This document shows, piece after piece, positions 19,990-29,821 of a DNA stretch of 64,000 nucleotides; positions within the stretch are counted from its first letter, which is position 1; each line of letters begins with the position of its first letter. The notes under the pieces are model-generated. The model was not told the origin of the DNA. It made no database searches and worked only from the letters and a program-made list of their open reading frames with translations. The stretch covers positions 192,001-256,000 of the forward strand of contig CAVRUH010000007.1 in NCBI GenBank assembly GCA_963724325.1, given 5' to 3'. This DNA is from Waddliaceae bacterium (GTDB lineage: Bacteria > Chlamydiota > Chlamydiia > Chlamydiales > Waddliaceae). The translations under genes and the position numbers were made by a program.

Positions 19990-20058
19990 GGCAGTAAATT
20001 ATGTTTATTTTTATGATTTTAAATGGGGTATGGTGTAGAATGCGGGAGAGAGGTGGTT

Positions 20059-21828
20059 ATGAGAACACGCACTAAAATTATTTGTACCATTGGACCTTCG
20101 TGCAACTCAGTTGAAAAAATGATCGAGCTTATCCAGGCAGGGATGAATGTAGCCAGGCTTAACTTCAGTCATGGCAGCTACGAAGAACATCTGAGCGCTA
20201 TCACAAACCTGAAAATAGCCCGTTCTCAACTCAACACCCCGCTAGCCATTATGCTCGACACGCGAGGCCCTGAAATCCGCATTGGAAATGTAAAGGACAA
20301 TCAAGTCAAACTCACTAAAGGGGACCGCTGGAAGTTAGTAAAAGAAATCATCATCGGCGATAACGAAAAAGTTACCTTAACTCCGCCTAATGTTTTAGAA
20401 AATATCCCTCTAAACACAAAAATACTTTTTGATAATGGATATATTTCCTCACGGATCATTGAAAAGGTTGCCGATGGTGTTATTGTTGAAATAGAAGATG
20501 GAGGTATCATCAGCTCGAAAAAAGGAGTCAATATTCCTAATGTCTCGCTAAATCTTCCTGCAGTAACGGAAAAAGATATTGCCGACATCCGTTTCGGTTG
20601 TGAAAATGGAATCGATATTATTGCGGCTTCCTTTGTCCGTTCGGCTGACAACATCATCACCATAAAAAATCTACTTGCAGAACTTAATGCTGAAAATGTC
20701 ATGGTTATTGCAAAGATCGAAAATAATGAAGGAGTTGAAAATTTTGATAGCACGCTGCAAGTTGCTGATGGTGTTATGATCGCTAGGGGAGATCTGGGTG
20801 TCGAAATCCCTTTGAGCAAGGTGCCTAAGTTGCAAAAGGAGATGATCAGAAAGTGCTATCTCATAGGCAAACCTTCTGTAACTGCCACCCAGATGCTCGA
20901 ATCAATGATGGTAAATCCAAGGCCGACACGCGCAGAAGTTTCCGATGTGGCAAACGCTATCTACGATAGTACCTCAGCTGTGATGTTATCTGGAGAAACC
21001 GCTGTAGGGAAGTACCCGATCGAAACAGTGAAAATGATGAAAAATATTGTTGAAGAAGCAGAATCGGATTTCAAGTATCGTAATTTCTTTGATTTGCACT
21101 CCAAACTTGTTTATCATGATGTGCCCTCGGCTGTAACGCTAGCTACAGTTAAAACGGCCTATAGTTCAGATGCAAAAGCAATTTTAGCATTCACCAAAGG
21201 GGGAGGAACAGGCAGGTTAATTTCCCGTTTAAGGCCTGAAATGCCGATAATTGCAATGACTCCAGATAAAACATGCTTTCATCAAATGAGTATTTTCTGG
21301 GGTGTTACCCCATTTTTCGATGAGGAAACCGAAGACTTGCCTAAGGCATACAAGAGAATTTGCGACTTTGCACTTGAAAATAGGATATTGAGCTATGGAG
21401 ATTTAGTTGTGGTGATTGCTGGATCAACATTTGGCGTCTCAGGCACCACCAATATGATGATTGTTGAAAATATTGGAGATGTACTTATCAGAGGCCTTTC
21501 TGGGTACGGATCTAGAGTTCATGGTAATGTGTTTATGTTATTTTCCACCGAAGGCATCAAACCTTATTCGGTGAGAGGGCATATTGTTGTTATTACTAAA
21601 TTTGACCCCTCATACATCTCCCATATTCATGAGGCTTCTGGTGTGATTCTGCAGAATTCTATTGATGATCAAGCTTCTGAATCGGCTTTATTCGAAGCTG
21701 CACGCAAATTAAATAAGTCCTTCATCATTCGTGCAGATGGAGCGACCCGTATTTTAAAGGAAGGTCAGTTGGTGACGCTAGATCCAGAAAAGTCTTTAGT
21801 TTATAAGGGAGTTGCTACATCCTCTTAA
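20059..21828 (+). CDS. pyk: Pyruvate kinase with C-terminal PEP-utilising swivel-like domain
   Basis: RTKIICTIGP, ARLNFSHG, MIARGDLGVE, ATQMLESM, MLSGETAVG. Confidence 0.97.
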   Translation: MRTRTKIICTIGPSCNSVEKMIELIQAGMNVARLNFSHGSYEEHLSAITNLKIARSQLNTPLAIMLDTRGPEIRIGNVKDNQVKLTKGDRWKLVKEIIIGDNEKVTLTPPNVLENIPLNTKILFDNGYISSRIIEKVADGVIVEIEDGGIISSKKGVNIPNVSLNLPAVTEKDIADIRFGCENGIDIIAASFVRSADNIITIKNLLAELNAENVMVIAKIENNEGVENFDSTLQVADGVMIARGDLGVEIPLSKVPKLQKEMIRKCYLIGKPSVTATQMLESMMVNPRPTRAEVSDVANAIYDSTSAVMLSGETAVGKYPIETVKMMKNIVEEAESDFKYRNFFDLHSKLVYHDVPSAVTLATVKTAYSSDAKAILAFTKGGGTGRLISRLRPEMPIIAMTPDKTCFHQMSIFWGVTPFFDEETEDLPKAYKRICDFALENRILSYGDLVVVIAGSTFGVSGTTNMMIVENIGDVLIRGLSGYGSRVHGNVFMLFSTEGIKPYSVRGHIVVITKFDPSYISHIHEASGVILQNSIDDQASESALFEAARKLNKSFIIRADGATRILKEGQLVTLDPEKSLVYKGVATSS

Positions 21829-22601
21829 AATCCGATTTGTAATAATGCTTGCAGCCCATAAATTCTATATTTAGTCTCAAAGAAATCGTATGGATAATTT
21901 GGCTTCCCGCCAAGGTGTCTAAAGCGATAAAACGGAACAGCCCTTAAACTCACATTTCTACCGTAAACACATGTGATGAACTCAATGGGGATATCCAGCT
22001 CGTACTGCCACATGCACTCTATGTCCAATTTTACATCATCATGCTCATGATCATGTGTGACGCGGTCTTTACCGTTTAACATGTATTTTCCACGAAAATC
22101 AATCCCTACGACAAGACTTTCTCGAATGCTCCAAGTTGTGATCAGACCACACGCGCCATATCGAAAGGAATCTTGTAATTCACAACTGATTGGGGAGGGG
22201 TGGTGGAACCTGTTTGTGCTATAAAATGCCCCGTAGGCTACATAAGGAGTCAAAAACAAACGATTCAAGTATGGAAGATGCCAGGTGAGTCCGAACCGAC
22301 CTTCAACTTGGGAATCGGTAAAAGTGGATTTTAGCTTACTTCCAGAGCCAGTTTTGCCATGGGCGTTACCGGTTGTATAATAGGCATCGAGAGCCCAGTA
22401 AAGTGAGTTGCCCGCCATTCTTTCATAGAGAAAGTGTCCTCCGTACATAAAAGAAGATTGTCTGCTTCCACCTTCTCTCGTTCTCTTCACGTAGGAGAAT
22501 TCAGGCCCAATATAAAAATAATGCGGGCCGAGGGTGAAACTTCCAACTTCCTGAAAGAATCCTAAAGTCAACGCCGCTGTGATAAGTAATCGTTTTATCA
22601 T
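21825..22601 (-). CDS. Outer-membrane beta-barrel protein
   Basis: Signal peptide, alternating aromatic strands and a C-terminal Phe (LLQIGF). Confidence 0.75.
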   Translation of the reverse strand: MIKRLLITAALTLGFFQEVGSFTLGPHYFYIGPEFSYVKRTREGGSRQSSFMYGGHFLYERMAGNSLYWALDAYYTTGNAHGKTGSGSKLKSTFTDSQVEGRFGLTWHLPYLNRLFLTPYVAYGAFYSTNRFHHPSPISCELQDSFRYGACGLITTWSIRESLVVGIDFRGKYMLNGKDRVTHDHEHDDVKLDIECMWQYELDIPIEFITCVYGRNVSLRAVPFYRFRHLGGKPNYPYDFFETKYRIYGLQALLQIGF

Positions 22602-22703
22602 AAGTCCTGAATATACGATGTTTAATTAGGATTGTCAAAATGAAAAAACTTCTTGAATGAATTCAGGCATTTGAAATATAGATTAGACTAAAAAGAGAGT
22701 CCC

Positions 22704-23222
22704 ATGAATCGATTAATGTTGGTCTTAAGTTTGCTCTTTACAATGGTCTGTGTTCAGATGTCACTGAGTGCAGTAACCCGTGATTTTTACGAACCAGTTA
22801 AGCATACCGAGCAGAAGGATATTCTTTTTATTATGAAAACGCTCGCACGAAAGTCGCTTCTTGAGCTCCTTAAATATAAGTCCCAACTTGAAAAAGCGGG
22901 GGATAGAATCGATCACATTCACCCATTTGTATTTTTGTCCCACATTTTCACCGATGAAGAGCTTAAAGCATATATTCATGCCATAAAAAGAAGAGGGAGT
23001 TGGGTATGGGATGAGTTTATCAGCGGTTTAAAGAATACCCTGAATTTCGAGGCAGATAAAGGTAATCTCAACGAAAAAATAACTAGAGAATTTGCTAAGA
23101 ATATTGAGCTTGATTATCAAATTATTGGAACCCACGTTAAAAATCGTGACTGGGAATCATTTTTAAAAGCACTCATTACAAATATACCAAGAGATTCAGA
23201 AGCTGAACGTTATGACATGTAA
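22704..23222 (+). CDS. Exported chlamydia-type hypothetical protein
   Basis: Signal peptide; GDRIDHIHPFVFL motif. Confidence 0.7.
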   Translation: MNRLMLVLSLLFTMVCVQMSLSAVTRDFYEPVKHTEQKDILFIMKTLARKSLLELLKYKSQLEKAGDRIDHIHPFVFLSHIFTDEELKAYIHAIKRRGSWVWDEFISGLKNTLNFEADKGNLNEKITREFAKNIELDYQIIGTHVKNRDWESFLKALITNIPRDSEAERYDM

Positions 23223-24360
23223 AAAAATATTATTAACTGCCGCAAGATCACCAGCTGCCCTTGAAGTTGCTCGCCATTTGCACCATGGAGGCCATGAGGT
23301 ATATGTCGCGGACCCCATATTTCTACATGTTTCTCGGTTTTCCAATGCAGTAAAGAAATCTTTTATAACTCCCATCCCAAGCAAAGAGCCCAATCTCTTT
23401 ATCCAATGTCTTATCGATATCATAAAAAGGGAAAATATTGACCTGCTCATTCCGATTTGGGAAGAAGTTTTCTATATTTCGAAGGCAATCGACCAATTTC
23501 CAAATACATGCAAAGTATTTTGCTCTCCATTTGAATTAATGCATAAGTTACACAATAAATTTTCATTTATTCAAGAATTGGAAAGGCTTGATATAATAAC
23601 ACCAAAAACTGTACTACTCAGAAATCTTGAGGAGCAGGAAAATATTAGATTAAACGGCCCTTATGCTATAAAGGCATGCTATTCTCGAGCTTCAAGAAGT
23701 TTTTTTAAAGTAACCAATGGAGAGCTACCCGAAATTATAGTTCAATCCACAAATCCCTGGATTGCACAAGAGTGGATCGACGGTGAGAGGTTTTGCACCT
23801 ACAGCATTTGCAATCATGGGAAAGTGTCTGCCCATGCGACATACCCAGTTTATTATACCCTGCAAGATAAAAACTCATGTATTGCCTTCGAGGCATTCGA
23901 TCATCCTGAAATCTTGGCATGGATAGAAAAACTAGCGGCAGGTTTAAATTACACAGGACAATTTGCCTTCGATTTTATTCAACGAAAGGACGGGACTCTT
24001 TTCGCTATAGAATGCAACCCACGAGCAACTAGCGGAGTTCATTTATTTACTTTGAAAGACGATCTTAGTAAAGCCTTTTTGAATGAGACATTAGGACCCA
24101 TTATACCTAAGCAGGGTGCCAGCAAGCAAATTGCCACAGGAATGTTGATGTATGGACTGAAATTTGCCTTCACCGAGAATAGATTGGCAGAGTACATCAA
24201 AAAAATCATTACCACACAAGATGTTGTTTTCTCGTGGAAAGACCTTAAACCTTTTATATTTCAGCCATTTGTATTCTTTAACTATTGGCTAATTAGTCTA
24301 AAAAGAGGTTCCACCATTCCAGAGATCTTCACCGACGACTTCGACTGGAACGGATCATAG
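23212..24360 (+). CDS. ATP-grasp domain protein
   Basis: LHNKFSF, WIAQEWIDG, FAFDFI, AIECNPRATSG. Confidence 0.88.
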   Translation: MTCKKILLTAARSPAALEVARHLHHGGHEVYVADPIFLHVSRFSNAVKKSFITPIPSKEPNLFIQCLIDIIKRENIDLLIPIWEEVFYISKAIDQFPNTCKVFCSPFELMHKLHNKFSFIQELERLDIITPKTVLLRNLEEQENIRLNGPYAIKACYSRASRSFFKVTNGELPEIIVQSTNPWIAQEWIDGERFCTYSICNHGKVSAHATYPVYYTLQDKNSCIAFEAFDHPEILAWIEKLAAGLNYTGQFAFDFIQRKDGTLFAIECNPRATSGVHLFTLKDDLSKAFLNETLGPIIPKQGASKQIATGMLMYGLKFAFTENRLAEYIKKIITTQDVVFSWKDLKPFIFQPFVFFNYWLISLKRGSTIPEIFTDDFDWNGS

Positions 24361-24383
24361 ATATCTCGTTACTTCACAAAAAA

Positions 24384-24831
24384 AACAGGATATGCCTCTA
24401 TAATCGCACGCCTTGGAAAAATAACAGGATATGCCTCTATAATCGCACGCCTTGGAAAAATAACAGGATATGCCCCTATAATCGCACGCCTTGGAAAAAT
24501 AACAGGATATGCAGGATCGCAAGGCGGCAGGATATGAAGGATGGGGGAAGAAGGGGGTAACCTTCTTCCTCCCATCCTTCATATCCTGCCGCTTTGCGAT
24601 CCTGCATATCCTGTAGAATATTTCAGGAAATGTAAGATAGGAAGGTACAGGATATGCCCCTATAATCGCACGCCTTGGAAAAATAACAGGATATGCAGGA
24701 TCGCAAGGCGGCAGGATATGAAGGATAGGAGGAAAAAAAGTTAACCCCCCTTCTTCCTCCCATCCTTCATATCCTGCCGCTTTGCGATCCTGCATATCCT
24801 GTAGAATATTTCAGGAAATGTAAGATAGGAA
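24384..24831. repeat. Composite REP/BIME-like cluster: 39-bp tandem units plus two ~115-bp palindromes
   Basis: The unit aacaggatatgcc(t/c)ctataatcgcacgccttggaaaaat starts at 24384, 24423, 24462 and ~24647. Hairpins at 24502-24614 and 24686-24802 have arms acaggatatgcaggatcgcaaggcggcaggatatgaaggat. Confidence 0.95.
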
Positions 24832-24909
24832 TCAACAGGAATTTATCAATGATGATGGAATATCTTGATTGGTATTTCAAAAATTGTGGTAATGTGTTAG
24901 AATTCCTGC

Positions 24910-26163
24910 ATGAATAAGAAATTTAAGGTGGTCACTTTAGGGTGTCGCACGAATCAGTATGAGTCACAAGCGTATCGTGATCAGCTATTGGCCATGGGCT
25001 ATACTTTGGCGAATGAGGATGAAAATGCCGACTTGTGCATAGTCAATACCTGTACAGTAACGGAATCTGCTGACAGCAGCAGCCGTCATGAAATTCGACA
25101 GCTTGCCAAAAAAAATCCATCATCCCGCCTAGTTGTTACCGGATGCTCTGCCGAGCAACATCGAGATGCCATCAAACAAATCCCTGGCGTCACAGATGTC
25201 GTTTCAAATAAGGAAAAAGATAATTTACTTTCCATCGTTTTTCCCGATGAAGAGGTCCCGGAATTTTCAATTAAACATTTTGAGGCCCATACCCGTGCTT
25301 TTGTAAAAGTTCAAGATGGATGCAATTCTTTTTGCACCTATTGCATTATTCCCTATGTAAGGGGACGCTCTCGTTCTCGGACAATTCCAGATGTCATTAA
25401 AGAGGTCGAAGGCCTCATTGCCAATGGTTTCAAAGAAGTTGTCTTAACGGGCATTAATATTGGCGATTTTGATGGAGATGCTTCCGATTGTCTAGCTGAT
25501 TTGGTCAGGGCTGTTGATAACGTTCCAGGCCTTGAAAGGCTTCGAGTGTCCTCAATAGACCCCGATGAGGTCGACGATAACCTCATGGACGCCATCATTA
25601 ATGGTAAAAACACCTGTCACTCAATGCATATTGTGTTACAAGCCGGATCAAATGTCATTCTCAAGCGAATGAACCGCAAATATACCCGCCAGGTTTTCAT
25701 GAATACAGTCGAAAGACTACGAAAAGCCTCTCCCAAATTCACTTTTACCACTGACGTCATTGTGGGATTTCCTGGTGAAACTGAGGAGGATTTCGCAGAG
25801 ACTTTAGATGTGATCCGTGAAGTAAAATTTGCCAAAATACATATGTTTCCCTATTCCGAGAGACCTCGGACTCGAGCTGCTTTGTATGAAAATAAAGTGC
25901 CCCACCAGACCATCCAACGGCGCAAACAAGATGTTCTTAGGGTTTCAGAAGAAGTTGGATATCAGTTGCGTGCCGAATATGTAGGTAAAAAGATGGTTGT
26001 CCTAACGGAGTCTAAGGATGCATCCGGCAGGATGGCTGGACACACCGAAAACTTTCTTCCAGTGATCATTAACGAAGGAGAACTACCTTCGAATTATTTA
26101 ATCGAAGTTGAACTTGTAGAAAATACCCCAGAGGGATTGATGGGAAGGATTTGCTGTGGATAA
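24910..26163 (+). CDS. mtaB: tRNA t6A37 methylthiotransferase (radical SAM)
   Basis: TLGCRTNQYES, NTCTVT, VQDGCNSFCTYC, TDVIVGFPGE and a TRAM-like tail. Confidence 0.93.
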   Translation: MNKKFKVVTLGCRTNQYESQAYRDQLLAMGYTLANEDENADLCIVNTCTVTESADSSSRHEIRQLAKKNPSSRLVVTGCSAEQHRDAIKQIPGVTDVVSNKEKDNLLSIVFPDEEVPEFSIKHFEAHTRAFVKVQDGCNSFCTYCIIPYVRGRSRSRTIPDVIKEVEGLIANGFKEVVLTGINIGDFDGDASDCLADLVRAVDNVPGLERLRVSSIDPDEVDDNLMDAIINGKNTCHSMHIVLQAGSNVILKRMNRKYTRQVFMNTVERLRKASPKFTFTTDVIVGFPGETEEDFAETLDVIREVKFAKIHMFPYSERPRTRAALYENKVPHQTIQRRKQDVLRVSEEVGYQLRAEYVGKKMVVLTESKDASGRMAGHTENFLPVIINEGELPSNYLIEVELVENTPEGLMGRICCG

Positions 26164-27073
26164 AAGAATCATCATCGCTCAGAGGCAACGGCCGTTTTCT
26201 CATCAACCCGGGACAAAAACAGTTTTACCGGGTTCTTTATTGCCTGTTACGGTCTATCCTTGCCTGCTTGAGGTTAATGGAGAACAGTTTCCCATTACCC
26301 TTACTGGTCCAGTAAAAGATTTCACTGTTATGCTCGATCTTGAGGTAGGATGTGTCAAAGTATGGGGACATTATCAAGAGGGATTTTTACGCTATCGAAT
26401 TCATGGTACATTGTCCGGTCGATTTTCCATTGTTATCGAGAAGTCACCAAAAGAGGGTCTGTTTCCTGTTAACGATGATCAGTTATATGTAGTTCCTGCG
26501 ATGGAAAGGCTCTTTTTGGGTTGTAACAAGGCTCAGGATTGGGATATGGTCAAGCGACGTATGGATCCTGCAGAAATTCTCCCTTTTTGGCATAGGCTAG
26601 GACAGCAAGTTCCAACCGATTCCACTCAGATTCCTTCTCTAGTACATGCTTTCCAAGCTCATTTCGACGGTATTATGGCGCCACGCAACACAGATACTGA
26701 TTATCAGGGGCTAGAACTTGTTCAGAATCCCGGAGCCTTGTTGTCGGAAGGATGCAAAACCATTCGTTCGTTATTTTTTAAGCAACAGGGTAATATGATG
26801 GATATTATTCATTCGGAATTTCATTGCGGTCGGATGATTAATATCTCTTGTGGTCCATTGGGAATGCTGGATATGGAATGGACTAAGAGGTCTCTGCGCC
26901 GGATGGTGTTTCATGCAGCAACCTCTGCTGAGATTCAATTTAATTTTCCCAAAGAGCTGAAGCGCTTTCGAGTTTCCCTCAGGAGAAATCAAAAGGGAAA
27001 AAACTTCTCTTGTGGTACACCTATTGTTTTTGAAGCCAATCAATCCTACCTGCTCGACAATTTTGAGAAATAA
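26156..27073 (+). CDS. Conserved hypothetical protein, translationally coupled to mtaB
   Basis: 305-aa ORF overlapping the mtaB stop. Confidence 0.75.
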   Translation: MDKRIIIAQRQRPFSHQPGTKTVLPGSLLPVTVYPCLLEVNGEQFPITLTGPVKDFTVMLDLEVGCVKVWGHYQEGFLRYRIHGTLSGRFSIVIEKSPKEGLFPVNDDQLYVVPAMERLFLGCNKAQDWDMVKRRMDPAEILPFWHRLGQQVPTDSTQIPSLVHAFQAHFDGIMAPRNTDTDYQGLELVQNPGALLSEGCKTIRSLFFKQQGNMMDIIHSEFHCGRMINISCGPLGMLDMEWTKRSLRRMVFHAATSAEIQFNFPKELKRFRVSLRRNQKGKNFSCGTPIVFEANQSYLLDNFEK

Positions 27074-27126
27074 GAGAGTATGGCAGTGGACGAGGGTGTT
27101 TCAAATTAACCGATTGACCATTTCGC

Positions 27127-27420
27127 TCAAAATTGCCGGACAATACCCATAGGTTTTTCGAGGAGAATGGCTATCTTGCTATTACCTATTTCATAAAATG
27201 ATTCCCTGAAGCCATCGATGACGGTGTTCTCTCGGACTGGTACCCACGATCGTTTATGGTCAAATTCCCTTGTCACGAAAGTTTCGCTCAACGCAACTGC
27301 ACTCTTTTTAATGGCCATATTTTGTAACACATTATGTAGAACATGATTATCTTCTAAGTCAAGTTTCGTTAGATCTAATACAGTATAAACTTCGGTTTCA
27401 TCTGAATTATCTGCAAACAC
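27127..27420 (-). pseudogene. C-terminal-domain-only paralog of the 29822/30713 family
   Basis: YTVLDLTKLD...IAILLEKP matches YKVLDLSKLD...TAIILDEP. Confidence 0.55.
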
Positions 27421-27477
27421 TCCTAGTTATATAACCTCATTATATAAATTTTATAATTATATTACAAGTACCAATAT

Positions 27478-28353
27478 CTATTTTCTGTAGGAACGAATTT
27501 TACGGCATGATAATTTAATGATAAGGCTTAAAATAATAATGATGGGCACTGCCATTCTCATGATTCGATAACACACTTCAGGAATTTGATCCGATTGTGC
27601 TTCAGCGCCCTTCTCACAACACCCTTGCGTGATAAGTTCTGTTTCTTTCAATACTGTATTGGATTCCAAATACGCCCAATATAAGAGAATAAATTGTGGT
27701 ACTAAAGTTATAATTCTTTCATTGCCAGCACTCACATATCCAAGAATCTTTTCTAGCATTGGATGCTTATGCTGTTCCTCGAATTGTGGCAATAATGCGG
27801 GTGCCCTATCTTCGAAATCTTCCATGGGTTGATATTTTAAATGAGATGCTTTTTCGATAATAGCTGAAAAAAATTGTGCACAGAAGCCTAAATCAAAGTT
27901 ATTTATTATTAAAGGCAGAAAAACTTTAGGTTTTGGAATTGGAAAATTGCATTGTTTAGCAAAACAAACTGTTAAAAAATCATTAAAATTGTTGTAACCA
28001 ATTTGTTTACAACAATTGATGACTCTTGAGGACATTAATAAATGATCGCTAAATGCATTTAATCCTAAGCATACTAAAGTTGCACATGTAATGTATAATA
28101 TATTCGAATTAGTAAAAACAGAATAACTAATATTACGTTCTTTAATAGTGTTGGCGTAGGCATTTTTGAATTCGTTAAAGTATTCTGAATAATTTAAGAA
28201 CAGTTCTTTGTCATGAATAAGATTATGTAGTTTTTTACATGTTAGTCTAAGCGCTTCTTTGTCAAAAGTGCCTGTTTTATTGATAATGTAGCAAAGTACA
28301 TCAGAAGGTATAGCTAAAAATGGGTGATTATCATTCAAGTTACAATTATTCAT
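27478..28353 (-). CDS. F-box-like protein with hydrophobic segments; candidate effector
   Basis: The N-terminal FLAIPSDVLCYII...LRLTCKKLHNLI fits the F-box consensus. The gene is visibly AT-rich. Confidence 0.75.
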   Translation of the reverse strand: MNNCNLNDNHPFLAIPSDVLCYIINKTGTFDKEALRLTCKKLHNLIHDKELFLNYSEYFNEFKNAYANTIKERNISYSVFTNSNILYITCATLVCLGLNAFSDHLLMSSRVINCCKQIGYNNFNDFLTVCFAKQCNFPIPKPKVFLPLIINNFDLGFCAQFFSAIIEKASHLKYQPMEDFEDRAPALLPQFEEQHKHPMLEKILGYVSAGNERIITLVPQFILLYWAYLESNTVLKETELITQGCCEKGAEAQSDQIPEVCYRIMRMAVPIIIILSLIIKLSCRKIRSYRK

Positions 28354-28357
28354 AGTT

Positions 28358-28645
28358 TCAGTCGATGATAGTCACACTTGGGAAGTGTTCGTTTAGCATT
28401 TTTTTGAAATCGGAGTGGTCGACAACAGGCGCCTTGGGAATAGGATTAACAATGGGTTGCGGGGGAGTTATAGGTTTGGGTTTAGGCTTTATTGTTTGAA
28501 CTGGTGGCAGGGGAGCAACTTTTGGAGATTGTATTTTGAAACAATTGCGAAAATAATCGCAGGTCTTTTTGTCTGAGAATATCCAGTCGCCGCTATCAAA
28601 CTCCTCTAGAATGTACTGCTTTGTCTGTTTGATTAGGTCGTTCAA
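28358..28645 (-). CDS. Hypothetical Pro-rich protein (possibly truncated)
   Basis: 95-aa ORF just downstream of 28655-29371, with a GAGGT RBS. Confidence 0.55.
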   Translation of the reverse strand: MNDLIKQTKQYILEEFDSGDWIFSDKKTCDYFRNCFKIQSPKVAPLPPVQTIKPKPKPITPPQPIVNPIPKAPVVDHSDFKKMLNEHFPSVTIID

Positions 28646-28654
28646 TTTATCACC

Positions 28655-29371
28655 TCAAATTTGAGAAAGATAGCGCTTAATATGCGGGATTTGGTTGTGA
28701 AAGCCTCTTTGGCTATAGCGTCTGCAGATGTAGTATTCAATCGAATTTTTCCCTTTTGGGTACATTTTGTCAAGCAGGCGTTGACAAAACTTTTCACCAT
28801 ATATGCTATCAAGTTGGGAATGAAAACGCAAGATAAAGTAGATGATATTTTCATTTTGCCGATATAGGATGAGAACTTCGGATATTTGCCTGGCAAGACT
28901 GGAGATGCAATGGGACATTTTTTCAATAATGCCCTTTAAAGCGATGAACTCCTGTGGTTTAGGCGCTCCTTGATGGTGCAGTTGATGGATGATGTCTAGG
29001 GCTTGCAGAGAATAGATCCAGCTTCTTTCAGCCGCTTCCATCATGTAGTTGTCAGTTCCGCCGACCTTTTCGACGTAAAAGGCACAGTAGTTTTTTAATT
29101 TGATAAGGATCCCTTGACTAAAGTTTCTTGAGAAGAGTCTCATAGTGTCGTAGTTGTGTGAACCACTAAGTCTGATCATTGATTCAAGGATAGATTTCAC
29201 AGATTTTGCAACTTGAGTTTTATTGCGAGGAGCTTTTTTGAGTTGTGCTAGGATTTCATTGGTTTCATTGACGCTTAAAAGAAGCTCAAAAAGGATAAAT
29301 TGGATGACGAGTCCCACATCTTTGTGGAAGCTTTTTCTATTTGCTGGAGGTTGCTCAACAAGAGTGCGCAT
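28655..29371 (-). CDS. Conserved hypothetical protein
   Basis: 238-aa ORF with ordinary globular composition. Confidence 0.7.
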   Translation of the reverse strand: MRTLVEQPPANRKSFHKDVGLVIQFILFELLLSVNETNEILAQLKKAPRNKTQVAKSVKSILESMIRLSGSHNYDTMRLFSRNFSQGILIKLKNYCAFYVEKVGGTDNYMMEAAERSWIYSLQALDIIHQLHHQGAPKPQEFIALKGIIEKMSHCISSLARQISEVLILYRQNENIIYFILRFHSQLDSIYGEKFCQRLLDKMYPKGKNSIEYYICRRYSQRGFHNQIPHIKRYLSQI

Positions 29372-29424
29372 GCTGTAAACTTATCAAGAAGTGTGAAAAA
29401 ATCGCAATAAAAAAGTGAAAAAAA

Positions 29425-29643
29425 TTAAGCTTTTCTATCTTTAAGTAGATCGACGAACATTTCGTGAAGTTTGTCTGTGCGGGCTGCCTGTTGTCTGCCT
29501 TCTTCGCGAATGCGTTCGGATTCCTCTCGAATGGATTTTGTTTCTTCGCGGATGGATTTTGTTTCTTCTTTAATTTCTCGATAGAGGAATCCGAAGAATG
29601 CGGTCATTGGCACGAGTAGTCCGAAAAATTGTATTAAGTCCAT
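29425..29643 (-). CDS. Small membrane-anchored coiled-coil protein with heptad repeats
   Basis: N-terminal TM segment, then IKEETKS-IREETKS-IREESER-IREEGRQ; AAGGA RBS. Confidence 0.7.
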   Translation of the reverse strand: MDLIQFFGLLVPMTAFFGFLYREIKEETKSIREETKSIREESERIREEGRQQAARTDKLHEMFVDLLKDRKA

Positions 29644-29821
29644 GGTTTTTCCTTATTTTTCCACAGCATAGCATTTTTGGGGTTTTAAATCAAGGAGACC
29701 TTGAAGGTAAAATGTGTTGCTTTTCTCTGTAGAGAATACTAAATTCCATTGTTAAATTATAAAAATAACTACTAATAATATATTTATTTAATTATAATAA
29801 AGTTATGGGGGGGTGTTTTAT

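Noticed and set aside
24384..24500. Possible CRISPR array
   Set aside because: The 39-bp units are head-to-tail with no unique spacers, and there are no cas genes in the window.
24355..24795. ORFs 24355-24795, 24369-24575 and 24541-24744
   Set aside because: They are translations of the palindromic repeat cluster.
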